64,000 bases of DNA from Anolis carolinensis (taxonomy: Eukaryota). Position numbers and translations under genes: made by a program. The DNA lies in the NCBI RefSeq assembly GCF_035594765.1, contig NW_026943825.1, positions 8,237,802 to 8,301,801 of the forward strand, in the 5' to 3' direction. Below, piece after piece: positions 24,801 through 38,552 of this stretch. How positions within the stretch are numbered: the first letter of the stretch is position 1; every line of letters starts with the position of its first letter. Under the pieces are notes generated by a model. It worked only from the letters and a program-made list of their open reading frames with translations. It was not told the origin of the DNA and ran no database searches.

Positions 24801-26812
24801 TGCATGTACAGTAGAGTCTCACTTATCCAACACTCGCTTATCCAACGTTCTGGATTATCCAACGCATTTTTGTAGTCAATGTTTTCAATACATCGTGATA
24901 TTTTGGTGCTAAATTGGTAAATACAGTAATTACTACATAGCATTACTACTTATTGAACTACCTTTTCTGTCAAATTTGTTGTATAACATGATGTTTGGGT
25001 GCTTAATTTGTAAAATCATAACCTAATTTGATGATTAATAGGCTTTTCCTTAATTTCTCCTTATTATCCAACATATTCGCTTATCCAACGTTCTGCCGGA
25101 CCATTTATGTTGGATAAATGAGACTCTACTGTATATACATATTATATTATCATATATTATTGTATATATAATAATATATTGTATATATTTACAGTCCCCA
25201 ATTCAGAGCCACTTTGTTTCAAATCAGTTCCATAGTAATTTTTGTTTCCAGAGTAATGTTTTTTGTCTTTTGGCCTCATTCTCAGTGCTTCATGAACGCT
25301 GTCCTCCAGTGCCTGAGCAGCACCAAACCCTTGCGGGACTACTGCCTCCGCCGCGAATTTCGGCAAGAGCAACCCGGAGCCCTGCGGACCCAGCAGGAGT
25401 TGACGGAAGGTGACGGCAACCCCTCTGCGGCCTGTTTCTTTTCCTCGACAGGAAGAGATTACGTAATGGAGTCCTGTCTGAAGTGACTTGGGCTCACAGG
25501 ATCTTGGTCGTGATCCACAATCTAAATTGGTCTCTGGCTGCTTTTAATCCCAAGTCCAGTTGACCACAATTACATAATTACCTTGGCCTATAACAAAAGG
25601 GTTATATAATTAGAGGACCCAATTTCTGTATTGTCCGTGGCTTTCATTCTCTGACCCAAAGCTTGCACATTATTATTATTATGCAGCCCAACCAAAAAAT
25701 GTGTTTTTTGGTTTTTAGACTTCTTCCTGGGGTTATTTAGGGTTCTGATTCAGAAAACAACTGTATATACTCGAGTATAAGCTGACCTGAATATAAGCTG
25801 AGACACCTAATTTTACCACAAAAAAACTGGGAAAACATTGACTCCACTATAAGCCGAGATATCAATAAATTTACATTAATTGAGGCCTCAGTAGTTTAAA
25901 TGTTTTTGAATCTTTACATCAAACTGTAATTTAAGATATGACTGTTCAACTCTGATTAAATCATTATTTTCATCTTCTTCAATGTAAATGTGCTTATGTA
26001 TCCTTTTAATAATACAGTGGAGTCTCACTTATCTAACACTCGCTTATCCAACGTTCTGGATTATCCAACGCATTTTTGTAGTCAGTGTTTTCAATACATC
26101 ATGATATTTTGGTGCTAAATTCGTAAATACAGTAATTACAACATAACATTACTGCGTATTGAACTGCTTTTTCTGTCAAATTTGTTGTATAACATGATGT
26201 TTTGGTGAATTAATTTGTAAAATCATAACCTAATTTGATGTTTAATAGGCTTTTCCTTAATGCCTCCTTATTATCCAACATATTCGCTTATCCAAACTTT
26301 TGCTGGTCCGCTTATGTTGGATAAGTGAGACTACTGTAATAGAGTGAAATAAGAAATGTAATAATAGTAAATGCAGTAAAATAATAAATGTAATAATAAA
26401 TAAAGTAAAATAATAAATGTATTACAGTAGAGTCTCACTTATCCAAGCTAAACGGGCCAGCAGAAGCTTGGATAAGCGAATATCTTGGATAATAAGGAGG
26501 GATTAATGAAAAACCTATTAAACATCAAATTAGGTTATGATTTTACAAATTAAGCACCAAAATAACAAAGTTGACAGAAAAAATAGTTCAATGCGCAGTA
26601 ATGTCATGTTGTAATTACTGTATTTGCGAATTTAGCACCAAAATATCACGATATATTGGAAACATTGACTACAAAAATGGCTTGGATAATCCAGAAGCTT
26701 GGCTAAGCGAGGCTTGGATAAGTGAGACTCTACTGTAACAACAATAGAGTAAAATAATAAATGTAATAATAATCATTAATAGAGTAAAATAATAAATGTA
26801 ACAATAATAATA

Positions 26813-26849
<37 letters not shown>

Positions 26850-28045
26850 TTTATTTTTGTTGTTTGCCACCATCTCCCCAGAGGGACTCGGGGCGGCTTA
26901 CAGATATAAAACCAGCATACAGTAATATCAAATACAAAAACACACAAATAAATTTAAAAGGCATTAAAAAAATCACAATCATTATAAAACACATGAAAAA
27001 CACAGCAATAAAAACATAAAATGAGCTGGGCAAAATACCAATAATAATAGAGAAAAATAATAAATATACTATATATACTTGAGTATAAGCCGACCTGAAT
27101 ATAAGCCAACCAGGACCCTTACCCAAGTATAAGCCGAGGAGGTTTTTCTTTTCAGTCCTAAAAAAGGGCTGAAAAACTAGGCTTATACTCGAGTATATAC
27201 AGTAAGTAAAGGATGGATAGACTGCTGCAGCTCTAGTTTCATAGCTATGGTTATCATGGTTTCCTACGCGTGAGCATTCTGGAATTGTAGAGGAGGGCAG
27301 GCTAACTGAAGGGTGTTTTGTTGTCCCCTTCACCTTTTTTGGTTTCTCCCTCGGCAGCCTTCGCAGATGTCATTGCCACCTTGTGGCACCCCGATTCCAC
27401 AGAAGCCGCCAATCCCAGCCGCTTCAAAGCCATCTTCCAGAAATACGTGCCATCCTTTACAGGATACAGGTGAGAAAAAGCCGGGTTTTCCCTCCTCTCG
27501 GTTCCTTTCTTCTTTGTTTGTCTGTGCCACTCATTCAGTCTCCCTGGGTTGCCGTTTTTCACTTGTTCCAGAAGCCAAAGAGAAAATGTTAGTGATGTAA
27601 TATCAGAGGGAATGCATTGCGTGAATTTCAGTTCATATACTTGCCCTTGCATTGGGAACCAGGTGTAGCTTCTAAATGTGAGAGTAGCCCATGGCAGTTG
27701 TCTGTGCTGGATATGCTGGATTTCGTATCACAAAATCACAAGTCAAACATTTCCCAAGCGTTTAGGACTATGTAATGTTGTTGTTGTTGTTATTGTTATT
27801 GTTATTGACACAAAGACATAGTATGACACAGCAAACGAGATATATATGCTGGATTTTGTATCACAAAAACACAAGTCGAACACTTCCCAAGCGTTTAGGA
27901 CTATGTGATGTTGTTGCTGTTGTTATTGTTGTTATTGTTATTGACGCAAAGACGGAGTATGACACAGCAAGCGAGATCTAGATGCTGGATTTCGTATCAC
28001 AAAATCACAAGTCGAACACTTCCCAAGTGTTTAGGACTGTGTGAT

Positions 28046-28104
<59 letters not shown>

Positions 28105-30519
28105 TTGACACAACAGCATAGTATGACACAGCAAACAAGATATTATTATTATTATTATTATTATTGTGCCTCGCCTTGAGCTATAAGAAGATGCCGGTAA
28201 TAAGTAAGAAATTGTTGTTGTTAGTAGTAGTAGTAGTAGTAGTAGTAGTGAACTAGCAACAGAATTAAAAGCAATTTAAACTTAGGCCCATTTAAAAATT
28301 GAGATAGCACAGTATTAGAATCCTTTTCTCCATGAGCAAGTGAAGGTATATGTAAGAAAAAAAAATATAAGAACTACAGTAGAGTCTCACTTATCCAACA
28401 TAAACGGGCCGGCAGAACGTTGGATAAGCGAATATGTTGGATAATAAGGAGGGATTAAGGAAAAGCCTGTTAAACATCAAATTAGGTTATGATTTTACAA
28501 ATTAAGCATCATAACATCATGTTATACAACAAATTTGACAGAAAAAGTAGTTCAACATGCAGTAATGCTACGTAGTAATTACTGTATTTATGAATTTAGC
28601 ACCAAAATATGATGTATTGAAAACATTGACTCCAAAAATGCGTTCAATAATCCAGAACGTTGGATAAGCGAATGTTGGATAAGTGAGACTCTACTGTATA
28701 TGTAGAACCTTCCAGATGTCTTCCAGAACTCTGTTGCTCCATCCTATGTAAGATCATCTCATTTAATATATTTTTAATGATGAAAACAAGAGCCATGTGT
28801 TATCCGATTTCAGTTTTTCCTCGTTTTCTTGCAGAATCTAGTAATGTCCTCTAAAAGGCCCTTAGTGGCTTAGAAAATAATATACCTTTGGGATGCAATA
28901 ATACCTCCAACCATGAATATTTTTCCGAGACCCTTTAGATAAAAGAATGAATCTGGGCTCTCTGTTTTGTTGTTGTTTCATTGCCTGAAGATTAAATTGT
29001 CCTGTGCTTTTCCCGTCTTCCCTTTCCAGCCAGCAAGACGCTCAGGAGTTTCTGAAGTTCCTGATGGATCGGTTGCATGTGGAGATCAATAGGAAAGGAC
29101 GCAAAACGCCCAGCATCCTTTCCGACGCCAAGAGGGCCTCCGTATTGGAGGATGCCGACATTCTGAGGTGAGTCTGGTCGGGCAGAAATAATACTGTATA
29201 TACTCGAGTATAAGCCTAGTTTTTCAGCCCTTTTTTAGGACTGAAAAAAAAAACCTCCTCGGCTTATACTCAGGTGAGGCTTATATTCAGGTCGGCTTAT
29301 ACTTATATATGGTATATTTATTATTTTTCTCTATTATTATTGGTATTGTTACATTTATTATTTTACTCTATTAATGATTATTATTACATTTATTATTTTA
29401 TTGTTGTTACTTTTACATTTATTTTACTCTGTATTTATTATTAATACATTTATTATTTTACTCTGTTATTACATTTATTATTTTACTGCATTATTATTAT
29501 TATTACATTTATTATTTCACTCTATGATTATTAAAAGGGTACATAAGCACATTTGCATTGAAGAGATGAAAATAATGATTTAATCAGAGTTGAATAGTCA
29601 TATCTTAAATTACAGTTTGATGTAAAGATTCAAAAACATTTAAATTACTGATGCCTCAGTTAATGTAATTTTATTGATATCTCGGCTTATACTGGAGTCA
29701 ATATTTTCCCAGTTTTTTGTGGTAAAATTAGGTGCCTCAGCTTATATTCGGGTCAGCTTATACTCAAGTATATACGGTAAATCAAATTGTTGTTGTTTTT
29801 TTACTCTGTTTCTAAGAATCTTTTCAACTGAAAGTGGCAGAAATTGAATCGTGAATTTTTTGCATCTTCCTGAGACATTTAAGGGCAGATTTCTGTTGTC
29901 TCTGAGGATACTGGGGCTGTTCTTATATTAATAATAAATAAATAAAACTTTATTTATATACCGCCCTATCTCCCGGATGGGACTCAGGGTGGTTTCCAGT
30001 CATAAAAACAACACAAACAATGTGTTGTTTGTGTTGTTTACTTCTTGTGTTGTTTACTAATGTTTACTTCTTGCCTTTTCTTTCTCCACACAGTGATGAC
30101 GAACAAGCCAACCAGATGTGGAAGCGTTACCTGGAAAGAGAGGACAGCAAAATAGTGGGTGAGTGTGGACATCCCTCCCATCATCCCTGCTTACGTGTCA
30201 TCAGATTGTCATCAGACTATTTTTCTGTTTACAAAATTGTATGGCACTTTATCTCTGTTCTTTATTCCATATAATACAGCACTTTAATGGAGCTTGTCCC
30301 TGCATTCCTCCTTTATTCACTCTGATTTTATCTGCTCAGATTTTAAGTATTATTACTATGTTATTTTGTTTACTGTTGAAATCTTTTAATTTTGTTGTTA
30401 TGTTTTGAGTATGTAATGTTTTTTGCTATATCGTTTCGGGCTTCTCCCTGTTGTAAGCCGCCCCGAGTCCCTTCGGGGATCTGGGGTTGGGATATAAGAA
30501 TAAAATAATAATAATAATA

Positions 30520-30562
<43 letters not shown>

Positions 30563-30942
30563 TGATTTGGCTGATGGGAGGTGTAGAAATAATTGAAAAC
30601 CTGGATGTTTGGGCTGGCCTTTGGAGAGACAGCTATTGGATGACCAGCCTCATTATAATTCTATTCTGAATGTTATTAGGTTCCTTTTATCTGGGTATTT
30701 TAATCTAATGATTTTATCTTATATTGCTGCTATAGTCCCCCCCCCCACCTTTGAAGTTGACGGATTTGCATTGGTGGTTGTTTGGTATTATTACTGTTTT
30801 ATAAACCTTTGTTTTAACTTCTGTTTTATCAACTTCTTGTGTTTTAAACTGTGTATATTGTTTAATGTATTTGCGCTGTTACTTTTGTAACGTTGTGAGC
30901 CGCCCCGAGTCCCCGCGGGGAGATGGTGGCAGGTTATAAATA

Positions 30943-30982
<40 letters not shown>

Positions 30983-32689
30983 GTATCTGTTCCTCCCCCT
31001 TCAAAATACCTTGGAGATTTGACTTAATGGAAAGCTGTGTCTTAAAATCCCAAAAGTACAACATCACTGTGGCTTTTGCATCTTATAGAAGGCAGGATTC
31101 TGCAAAATAATTTAACTCAAGTCTGTGGAATATGAATGTAGTGAATCAGGGCATGAAGGCTGATGATAGTGGAATTTTGGGTTTTTTTGTCCAGTGTGGT
31201 CACCAGAATGGGGAAGACAGAGTAAAATAATTATTGTAGAGAGCCACAAAAAGAGGCAGATAATAAACAAACACATTATTATTACTGTATATACTTGAGT
31301 ATAAGCCTAGTTTTTCAGCCCTTTGTTAGGCCTGAAAAAAAACCTCCTCGGCTAATACTTGGGTCCTGGTTGGCTTATATTCAGGTCGGCTTATACTCAC
31401 GTATATATGGTATATTTATTATTTTTCTCTATTATTGTTGCTACTATTACATTTATTTTACTCTATTTTTATTATTATTATTATTAATACATTTATTATT
31501 TCACTCTGATCTTATTATTATTGCATTTATTATTTTTCTCTATATATTATTACTTGTATTATTTTCCTGTATTTAATATTATTATTATTGCATGTATTAT
31601 TTTACTCTATTATTATTAAAAGGATACATAAGCACATTTACATTGAAGAAGATGAGAATCATGATTTGATCAGAGTTGGACAGTCTTATCTTAAATTTGA
31701 GCTTTATGTAAATATTCAAAAACATTTAACCTACTGATGCCTCAATTAATGTAATTTTATTGGTATCTATTTTTATTTCTGAAATTTACCACCCTCGGCT
31801 TATACTGGAGTCAATGTTTTCCCAGTTTTTTGTGGTAAAATTAGGTGCCTCATCTTATATTCGGGTCGGCTTATACTCGAGTATATATGGTAATTTTTTT
31901 CTTTCCTTCTCTCTCTGCCAGACCTCTTTGTCGGCCAGCTGAAGAGCTGCCTCAAGTGTCAAGTGTGCGGTTATAGGTCGACCACGTTTGAAGTTTTCTG
32001 CGACCTCTCCCTGCCCATCCCCAAAGTAGGCGTCAATGAAATTACAATAGGTTTTGGGGGGTAGGAAGCATTTGGGGGACCCAGCATGCCAAAATTGTGG
32101 AGGGGTTTTGCCCTCAATAGACATGTAAGGCAAGGTCAAAGACATTGATATATTTTGCACTTTTGGCACAGATCCTTTGAATCTAATCCATGATTTTATC
32201 ATTTTATTTTTCTATGTGGTTTTTTATGACTTGTTTTTATTGTTTGATTGATCGGTTTTATTGTTTCGCTTTTATACTGTTTTGTCTGGGCATGGCCCCA
32301 TGTAAGCCGCCCCGAGTCCCTTCGGGGAGATGGGGCGGGGTATAAGAATAAAGTTATTATTATTATTATTATTCCTAATGAAATCTTTGCCTCTGTTTTG
32401 CAGAAGGGCTTCACGGGCGGAAAGGTCTCTCTCCTCGACTGTTTCAGCCTCTTCACCAAAGAAGAGGAGCTGGACTCGGAGAATGCACCGGTAAGACTCT
32501 TGTAAAAAAACAAACCCTAACCTCATATTTGGAATAAACAAAAGTATGACCAGAGTCTGTGGTATATGTCAACAACAGTGTCCAGGTTCTGGTCCAAGCA
32601 ACCATGCTAGCTGAGACATTATTGAATCTGCAACCCATAGAAGTCTCTTTTGCCCTTTTTGATTTCCCCAGACTTAGTTCCCATTCTTC

Positions 32690-32747
<58 letters not shown>

Positions 32748-35473
32748 CTTTATTTTTATATCCCGCCTCATCTCCCCTAGGGGACTCAGGGTGGCTCACA
32801 TGGGGGAAAGCTCAACAACACAGTTAAAATTATAATATATTTATAATATATTATAATTATGTATATAATTATGTATATGCATATAATATTGATAATATTA
32901 TTTTGTAATACAATATAATACTAATAATACAATATAATAATATCGATTATCTATATATATAAAAGAGTGATGGCATCACGGCGACCGACAAAACAACAAA
33001 ACTACAGCCCCCCCAACCTCGAAATTTGACAACACAACCCATCATCCATGCCTCTAGGTTGATACAACAAAAAGAAAAGAAAAATAAAGTCCTAATTAGA
33101 GGGAGAGGAATAATTGTTTTTTATCCAATTGCTGCCAGTTAGAAGGCTAAGCTCTGCCCACTTGGTCTCCTAGCAACCCACTCACCCAGGGGACAGGCAA
33201 AGTTAGGCCTCACTTAGGCCTCTTCCACAGATTATCTAATTTGCACTGGATTATATGGCAGTGTAGACTCAAGGCCCTTCCACACAGCTATATAACCCAT
33301 TTATAATGGACTTAATGTCAGGGGAAAACCTTTACCTTTTACCTTAACTACCACCAATTCCTCAATACTTTATTTCCCAGACCACCAGACTTCGCCACAG
33401 CAACGCGTGGCCAGGCACAGCTAGTATATTATATATTACAAGTAATATTATTAATAATATTACAATACAGTAGAGTCTCACTTATCCAACGTAAACGGGC
33501 CGACAGAACGTTGGATAAGCGAATATGTTGGATAATAAGGAGGGATTAAGGAAAAGCCTATTAAACATCAAATTAGGTTATGATTTTACAAATTAAGCAC
33601 TAAAACATCATGTTATACAACAAATTTGACAGAAAAAGTTGTTCAATATGCAGTAATGCTATGTAGTACTTACTGTATTTACAAATTTAGCACCAAAATA
33701 TCACGATATATTGAAAACATTGACTACAAAAATGCGTTGGATAATCCAGAATGTTGGCTAAGCGAGTGTTGGATAAGTGAGACTCTACTGTATATAGATA
33801 TAGTAGAATATGGTAATTTATTGCCAGTATTGTGCTGTGCTAATAATATAATATTGTATGTAAATTTAATTTGTAAGCCGCTCTGAGTCCCCTTCGGGGT
33901 GAGAAGGGTGGGTTATAAATGTATTTAATAAATAATAAATAAAATACAAGTTACATAAAAATGCAATTCACAATATAAAAACTGAATAAAAACAGTAGTG
34001 TTAAACAATACATATTGACACCCCCACCTTCTCTCTCGAATAGGAATGTGATAAATGTCGGCAGAGGACCCGAAGTACCAAGAAGCTGACCATCCAGCGC
34101 TTTCCCCGAATCCTTGTGCTACGTATCCTTTCCGAATCTTATATTGGGATGCTAAAGGCTGCAGGGCCTGGTCATAAGTCTTAAGGGGGCTGGGTTGTTG
34201 TATGTATTCCGGGCTGTATGGCCATGTTCCAGAAGTATTCTCTCCTGACGTTTCGCCCACATCTATGGCAGGCATCCTCCATCCGCAATACCTGCAAGTG
34301 AGCCCTTCACCAGTAATTCCTTAACTTCTGCTCGCTTAGATCTGAACCGTTTCTCCACCACCCGCTACTCCATTAAGAAGTGCTCTGTGTTTGTGGACTT
34401 CCCCCTACAACAGCTGAACCTGAAGGAGTTTGCCAGCGAAAAAGCAGGTGAGTTGGGTGTCAAAACCAGGGCAATCCTTGCTGTGCCTTCTGAGACCAGA
34501 TCTGAGCCTTTATTTGGGTTGCTATGAGATTTCCGGGCTGTATGGCCATGTTCCGGAAGCATTCTCTCCTGACGTTCCACCACATCTATGGCAGGCATCC
34601 TCAGAGGTCTTGAGATCTGTTGGAAACTAGACAAGGGAGGTTTATATAATTGAACTGCATCGGTGTAGACACATACAATGTCTACATTTCGAGCCAAACC
34701 GGGAGNNNNNNNNNNNNNNNNNNNNNNNNNNNNNNNNNNNNNNNNNNNNNNNNNNNNNNNNNNNNNNNNNNNNNNNNNNNNNNNNNNNNNNNNNNNNNNN
34801 NNNNNNNNNNNNNNNNNNNNNNNNNNNNNNNNNATCGATATGCTGGATTTCATATCACAAAATCACAAGTCGAACACTTCCCAAGTGTCTAGGACTGTGT
34901 GATGTATTTTCGGATCATGCGTGCAGATCCCAGTAGGGTGGCCTTTTGCAGTTGGCAGATCGTAATTTTGTCAATGTCTATTGTTTCCAAATGCCGGCTG
35001 AGATCTTTTGGCACGGCACCCAATGTGCCCATCATCACCGGGACCACCTGCACTGGTTTCTGCCAGAGTCTTTGAGGTTAAATCTTGAGGTCCTGAGAGC
35101 GGCTGAGTTTTTCCTGTTGTTTTTCGTCAATGCGACTGTCACCTGGGATGGCGACATCAATGATCCAAACCTTTTTCTTTTCCACAACTGTGATGTCTGG
35201 TGTGTTGTGTTCCAGAACTTTGTCAGTCTGGATTCGGAAGTCCCACAGTATCTTTGCGTTCTCATTTTCCAATACTTTTGCAGGTTTGTGATCCCACCAG
35301 TTCTTTGCTGCTGGGAGGTGGTACTTGAGGCATAAGTTCCAATGAATCATTTGGGCCACGTAGTTGTGCCTCTGTTTGTAGTCTGTCTGTGCAATTTTCT
35401 TACAGCAGCTGAGGAGATGATCAATGGTTTCGTCGGTTTCCTTGCACAGTCCGCATTTTGGGTCATCAGCTGA

Positions 35474-35514
<41 letters not shown>

Positions 35515-38091
35515 AAGGCCTTCAATAATAATTATTATTATTTCTATCCTTTGCATTTGAAATCCAGCCACATTCAGAGACCTGTGTGAAATGAGTTTTT
35601 GAAAACAAAACTATTTATTTATTTATTTAACACATTTATATCCCGCCCTTCTCACCCCGAAGGGGACTCAAGAGCAGCTTACAAATTAAATTTACATACA
35701 ATATTATATTATTAGCATAGCACAATACTGGCAATAAATTACTATATTGTACTATATCAATATATTGTAATATTATTAGTAATAATAATAATAATTAGTA
35801 ATAATAATATTATTGTTAATCTTAATATTAACAATAACCAAAATAATTTACGTCTTTTTGAAAGATGTTGCCCTGCCCCTTTTTCTTTGCAGGGACTCCT
35901 GTGTACAACCTTTACGCCCTCTGTAACCACTCCGGCAGTGTACACTACGGCCACTACACAGCCTTCTGCAAGGACCAGTCTGGCTGGCGGGTCTACAATG
36001 ATTCCCGGTAGGTCAAAATGCTGCAGAATCTTTGCTCGGCTTTTTGTGTCTTTCATTAAGGCAGAAGGGGGTTGGAATAAATGACCTTTAGGGTCCCTTC
36101 TAATGGACTATAGACTGCCTGGGAGTCCAGTAATGTCCCCTCTTCTGGAGGTTGTTAAGTAGTGGCTGGATGGCCATCTCTCTGGAGTGTTTTGATTATG
36201 TCTTCCTACAAGGTAGAAGGGGGTTGGACTGGATGATCTTTAGGGTTCCTTCTAATGGAATATAGACCGGTGGGAGTCCGGTGACATCTACTTCTCTGGA
36301 GGTTGTTAAGGAGAGGCCAGATGGCCATCTGTTGGGAGAGCTTTGATGGTGTCTTCCTTTGTGGCAGAACAGGGTTGGACTAAATGGCCCTTGGGGTCTC
36401 TTCCAACTCTGTAATTCAATAATAACAACAGCCTTTGATGGTGATGGTAACTGAGTCTTCTTCTCTGGAAGTTTTTAAGCCAAGTCTAGATGGCCATCTG
36501 TCTGGAGTGTTTTGATTATGTCTTCCTACAAGGTAGAAGGGGGTTGGACTGGATGATCTTTAGGGTTCCTTCTAATGGAATATAGACCAGTGGGAGTCCA
36601 GTGACATCTACAGTAGAGTCTCACTTATCCAACATAAACGGACCGGCAGAAGCTTGGATAAGCGGATATCTTGGATAATAAGGAGGGATTAAGGAAAAGC
36701 ATATTAAACATCAAATTAGGTTATGATTTTACAAATTAAGCACCAAAACATCATGTTATACAACACATTTGACAGAAAAAGTAGTTCAATATGAAATAAT
36801 GTTATGTAGTAATTACTGTATTTATGAATTTAGCACTAAAATATCACGATTTATTGAAAACATTGACTACAAAAATGCGTTGGATAATCCAGAACATTGG
36901 ATAAGCAAGTCTTGGATAATTGAGACTCTCCTGTACTTCTCTGGAGGTTGTTAAGGAGAGGCCAGATGGCCATCTGTTGGGAGAGCTTTGATGGTGTCTT
37001 CCTTTGTGGCAGAACAGGGTTGGACTAAATGGCCCTTGGGGTCTCTTCCAACTCTGTGATTCAATAATAACAACAGCCTTTGATGATGGTGGTAACTGAG
37101 TCTTCTTCTCTGGAAGTTTTTAAGCCAAGTCTAGATGGACATCTGTCATGAGGGCTTTGATGGTGTCTTCCTTTATAGCAGAACGGGGTCAGATTGGTTG
37201 GCTTTTGTGGCTCCAACTGTAGAATTCTAAGATTCGGCGTCTGGATGGTCATCTGTCAGGAGGGCTTTGATTGTGTCTTGAAATGGGGTCAAACTGGATG
37301 GCTTTTGTGGTCCCAACTGTAGAATTCTACGATTCAGCAGCTGGATGGTTATCTGTCGGGAGGGCTTTGATGGTGTCTTCCTTTATAGCAGAACGGGGTC
37401 AGATTGGTTGGCTTTTGTGGCTCCAACTATAGAATTCTAAGATTTGGCGTCTGGATGGTCATCTGTCAGGAGGGCTTTGATTGTGTCTTCAAATGGCTTT
37501 TGTGGTCCAGACCATAGTGTTGTAAGATGCCGCAGCTGGATGCTCATCTGTCAGGAGGGCTTTGATTGTGTCTTCAAATGGCTTTTGTGGTCCAGACCAT
37601 AGAGTTGTAAGATGCCGCAGCTGGATGCCCATCTGTCAGGAGGGCTTTGATTGTGTCTTCAAATGGCTTTTGTGGTCCAGACCATAGAGTTGTAAGATGC
37701 CGCAGCTGGATGCCCATCTGTCAGGAGGGCTTTGATTGTGTCTTCAAATGGCTTTTGTGGTCCAGACCATAGAGTTGTAAGATGCCGCAGCTGGATGGTC
37801 ATCTGTTGGGAGGGCTTGGATGGTGTCTTCAAATGGGGTCAAACTGGATGGCTTTTGTGATCTCAACTGTAGAATTCTACGATTCAGCGGCTGGCTGGTC
37901 ATCTGTCGGGAGAGCTTGGATTGTGTCTTCAAATGGGTTCAATCTGGATGTTCCTTGGGGTCTCTCCAACTTTTCCCGTCTTTCTTCCTTTCTTCGGCAG
38001 TGTCTCTCCGATCAGCGAGAACCAGGTCCCTTCCAGCGAGGGATACGTCCTTTTTTACGAGCTGGACGACACGCACTGGAAGAAGCAGTAA
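20248..38091 (+). CDS. USP21: Ubiquitin carboxyl-terminal hydrolase 21, long isoform (~621-624 aa), 12 coding exons
   Basis: Exons 20248-21030 (or -21039), 23414-23473, 25286-25409, 27358-27469, 29030-29167, 30094-30158, 31922-32025, 32404-32490, 34044-34122, 34340-34447, 35893-36007 and 38001-38091, with consistent phases. Starts MPQASEHR like human USP21. Contains the Cys box [25 protein letters not shown], the zinc-ribbon CxxC pairs, and the His box [12 protein letters not shown]...WRVYNDSRV...GYVLFY. Confidence 0.95.
21069..22435. mobile_element. Non-autonomous hAT (Charlie/SPIN-like) element with nested insertions
   Basis: Termini TAGTGGTTCCCAACC / GGTTGGGAACCACTG with an 8-bp TSD ATCTAAAC (21061-21068 and 22436-22443). 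Confidence 0.75.
23027..23179 (+). CDS. USP21: Candidate alternative first coding exon of USP21 (short isoform, ~411 aa)
   Basis: GCCATG start, 51 codons [51 protein letters not shown], phase-0 donor GAG|GTAAAT. It splices in frame to the phase-0 exon at 23414. It is a GC-rich unique island within an AT-rich, repeat-rich intron. Confidence 0.65.
29194..29777. mobile_element. Second non-autonomous Tc1/mariner (Tc2/pogo-like) family
   Basis: Termini C(C/T)GTATATACTCGAGTATAAGCC flanked by TA. Other copies at ~25761-27202, 31285-31890, 47510-48125 and 56962-58941. Confidence 0.72.
32950..33424 (+). mobile_element. Non-autonomous Helitron
   Basis: 5' TC, 3' CTAG preceded by the hairpin GCCACAGCAACGCGTGGC, inserted between A and T with no TSD. 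Related copies at 23973-24341 (-) and ~6043-6520. Confidence 0.78.
34123..34339 (+). other. U12-type (minor spliceosome) GT-AG intron of USP21
   Basis: 5' splice site GTATCCTTT, branch point TTCCTTAAC at 34317-34325 ending ~14 nt before the 3' splice site, and no real polypyrimidine tract. Confidence 0.9.
34836..35478 (-). mobile_element. R4/Dong-clade fragment
   Basis: Same RLE-domain sequence (ORF 35078-35359), adjacent to (ATT)n. Confidence 0.8.
36060..37965 (-). repeat. Tandemly amplified CR1 3'-end fragments in the last USP21 intron
   Basis: Repeated GGATGGCCATCTGTC.GGAGGGCTTTGATTGTGTCTTC units, with an ~86-bp period at 37455-37800. Confidence 0.7.
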
Positions 38092-38552
38092 AAATAAATA
38101 ATAAAATGACTGGGTGCCCTTCAGCGTTTTTGCTCGACTGCCCTCTTACCTCAGAGACAAAAACAAAACAATAAGAAAACAAACAAACACTGTGTGGAGT
38201 TGGTTTCTCAGAGTGAGCTGGTTCGCCCAACTTTGTCCTGTGGGTTGTTTTATTATTAATATTATTATTATATTATTTTCTCCCCCTTGGCTTTGGTTAA
38301 CTTTACCAAGGCTGCAGGATGACTCTCGTCTTATGGAAGAGTCTAGGTTGTGGGGAAAAGCCCGACCGAGAGGGAAACTGAGGCGGATGATGACACCTCC
38401 TCTGCCTGTCCGTCTGTCCGTCCGTCTGTCCCCCGACCCCTCAGGTGAAATGACGCCCGCTACTGATTTTAACTTTGTACATAATGATGACTTTGTACAT
38501 AGATAAAAAAAGACCGAACAATGAAAAGGTTGAGACTTTTTTTGTGAATAAA
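38092..38552 (+). terminator. USP21 3' UTR with proximal and distal poly(A) signals
   Basis: AATAAA at ~38093 and ~38100, plus a distal AATAAA at 38547-38552 followed by a U/GU-rich tract. Two TGTACATA motifs at 38476 and 38494. Confidence 0.6.
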
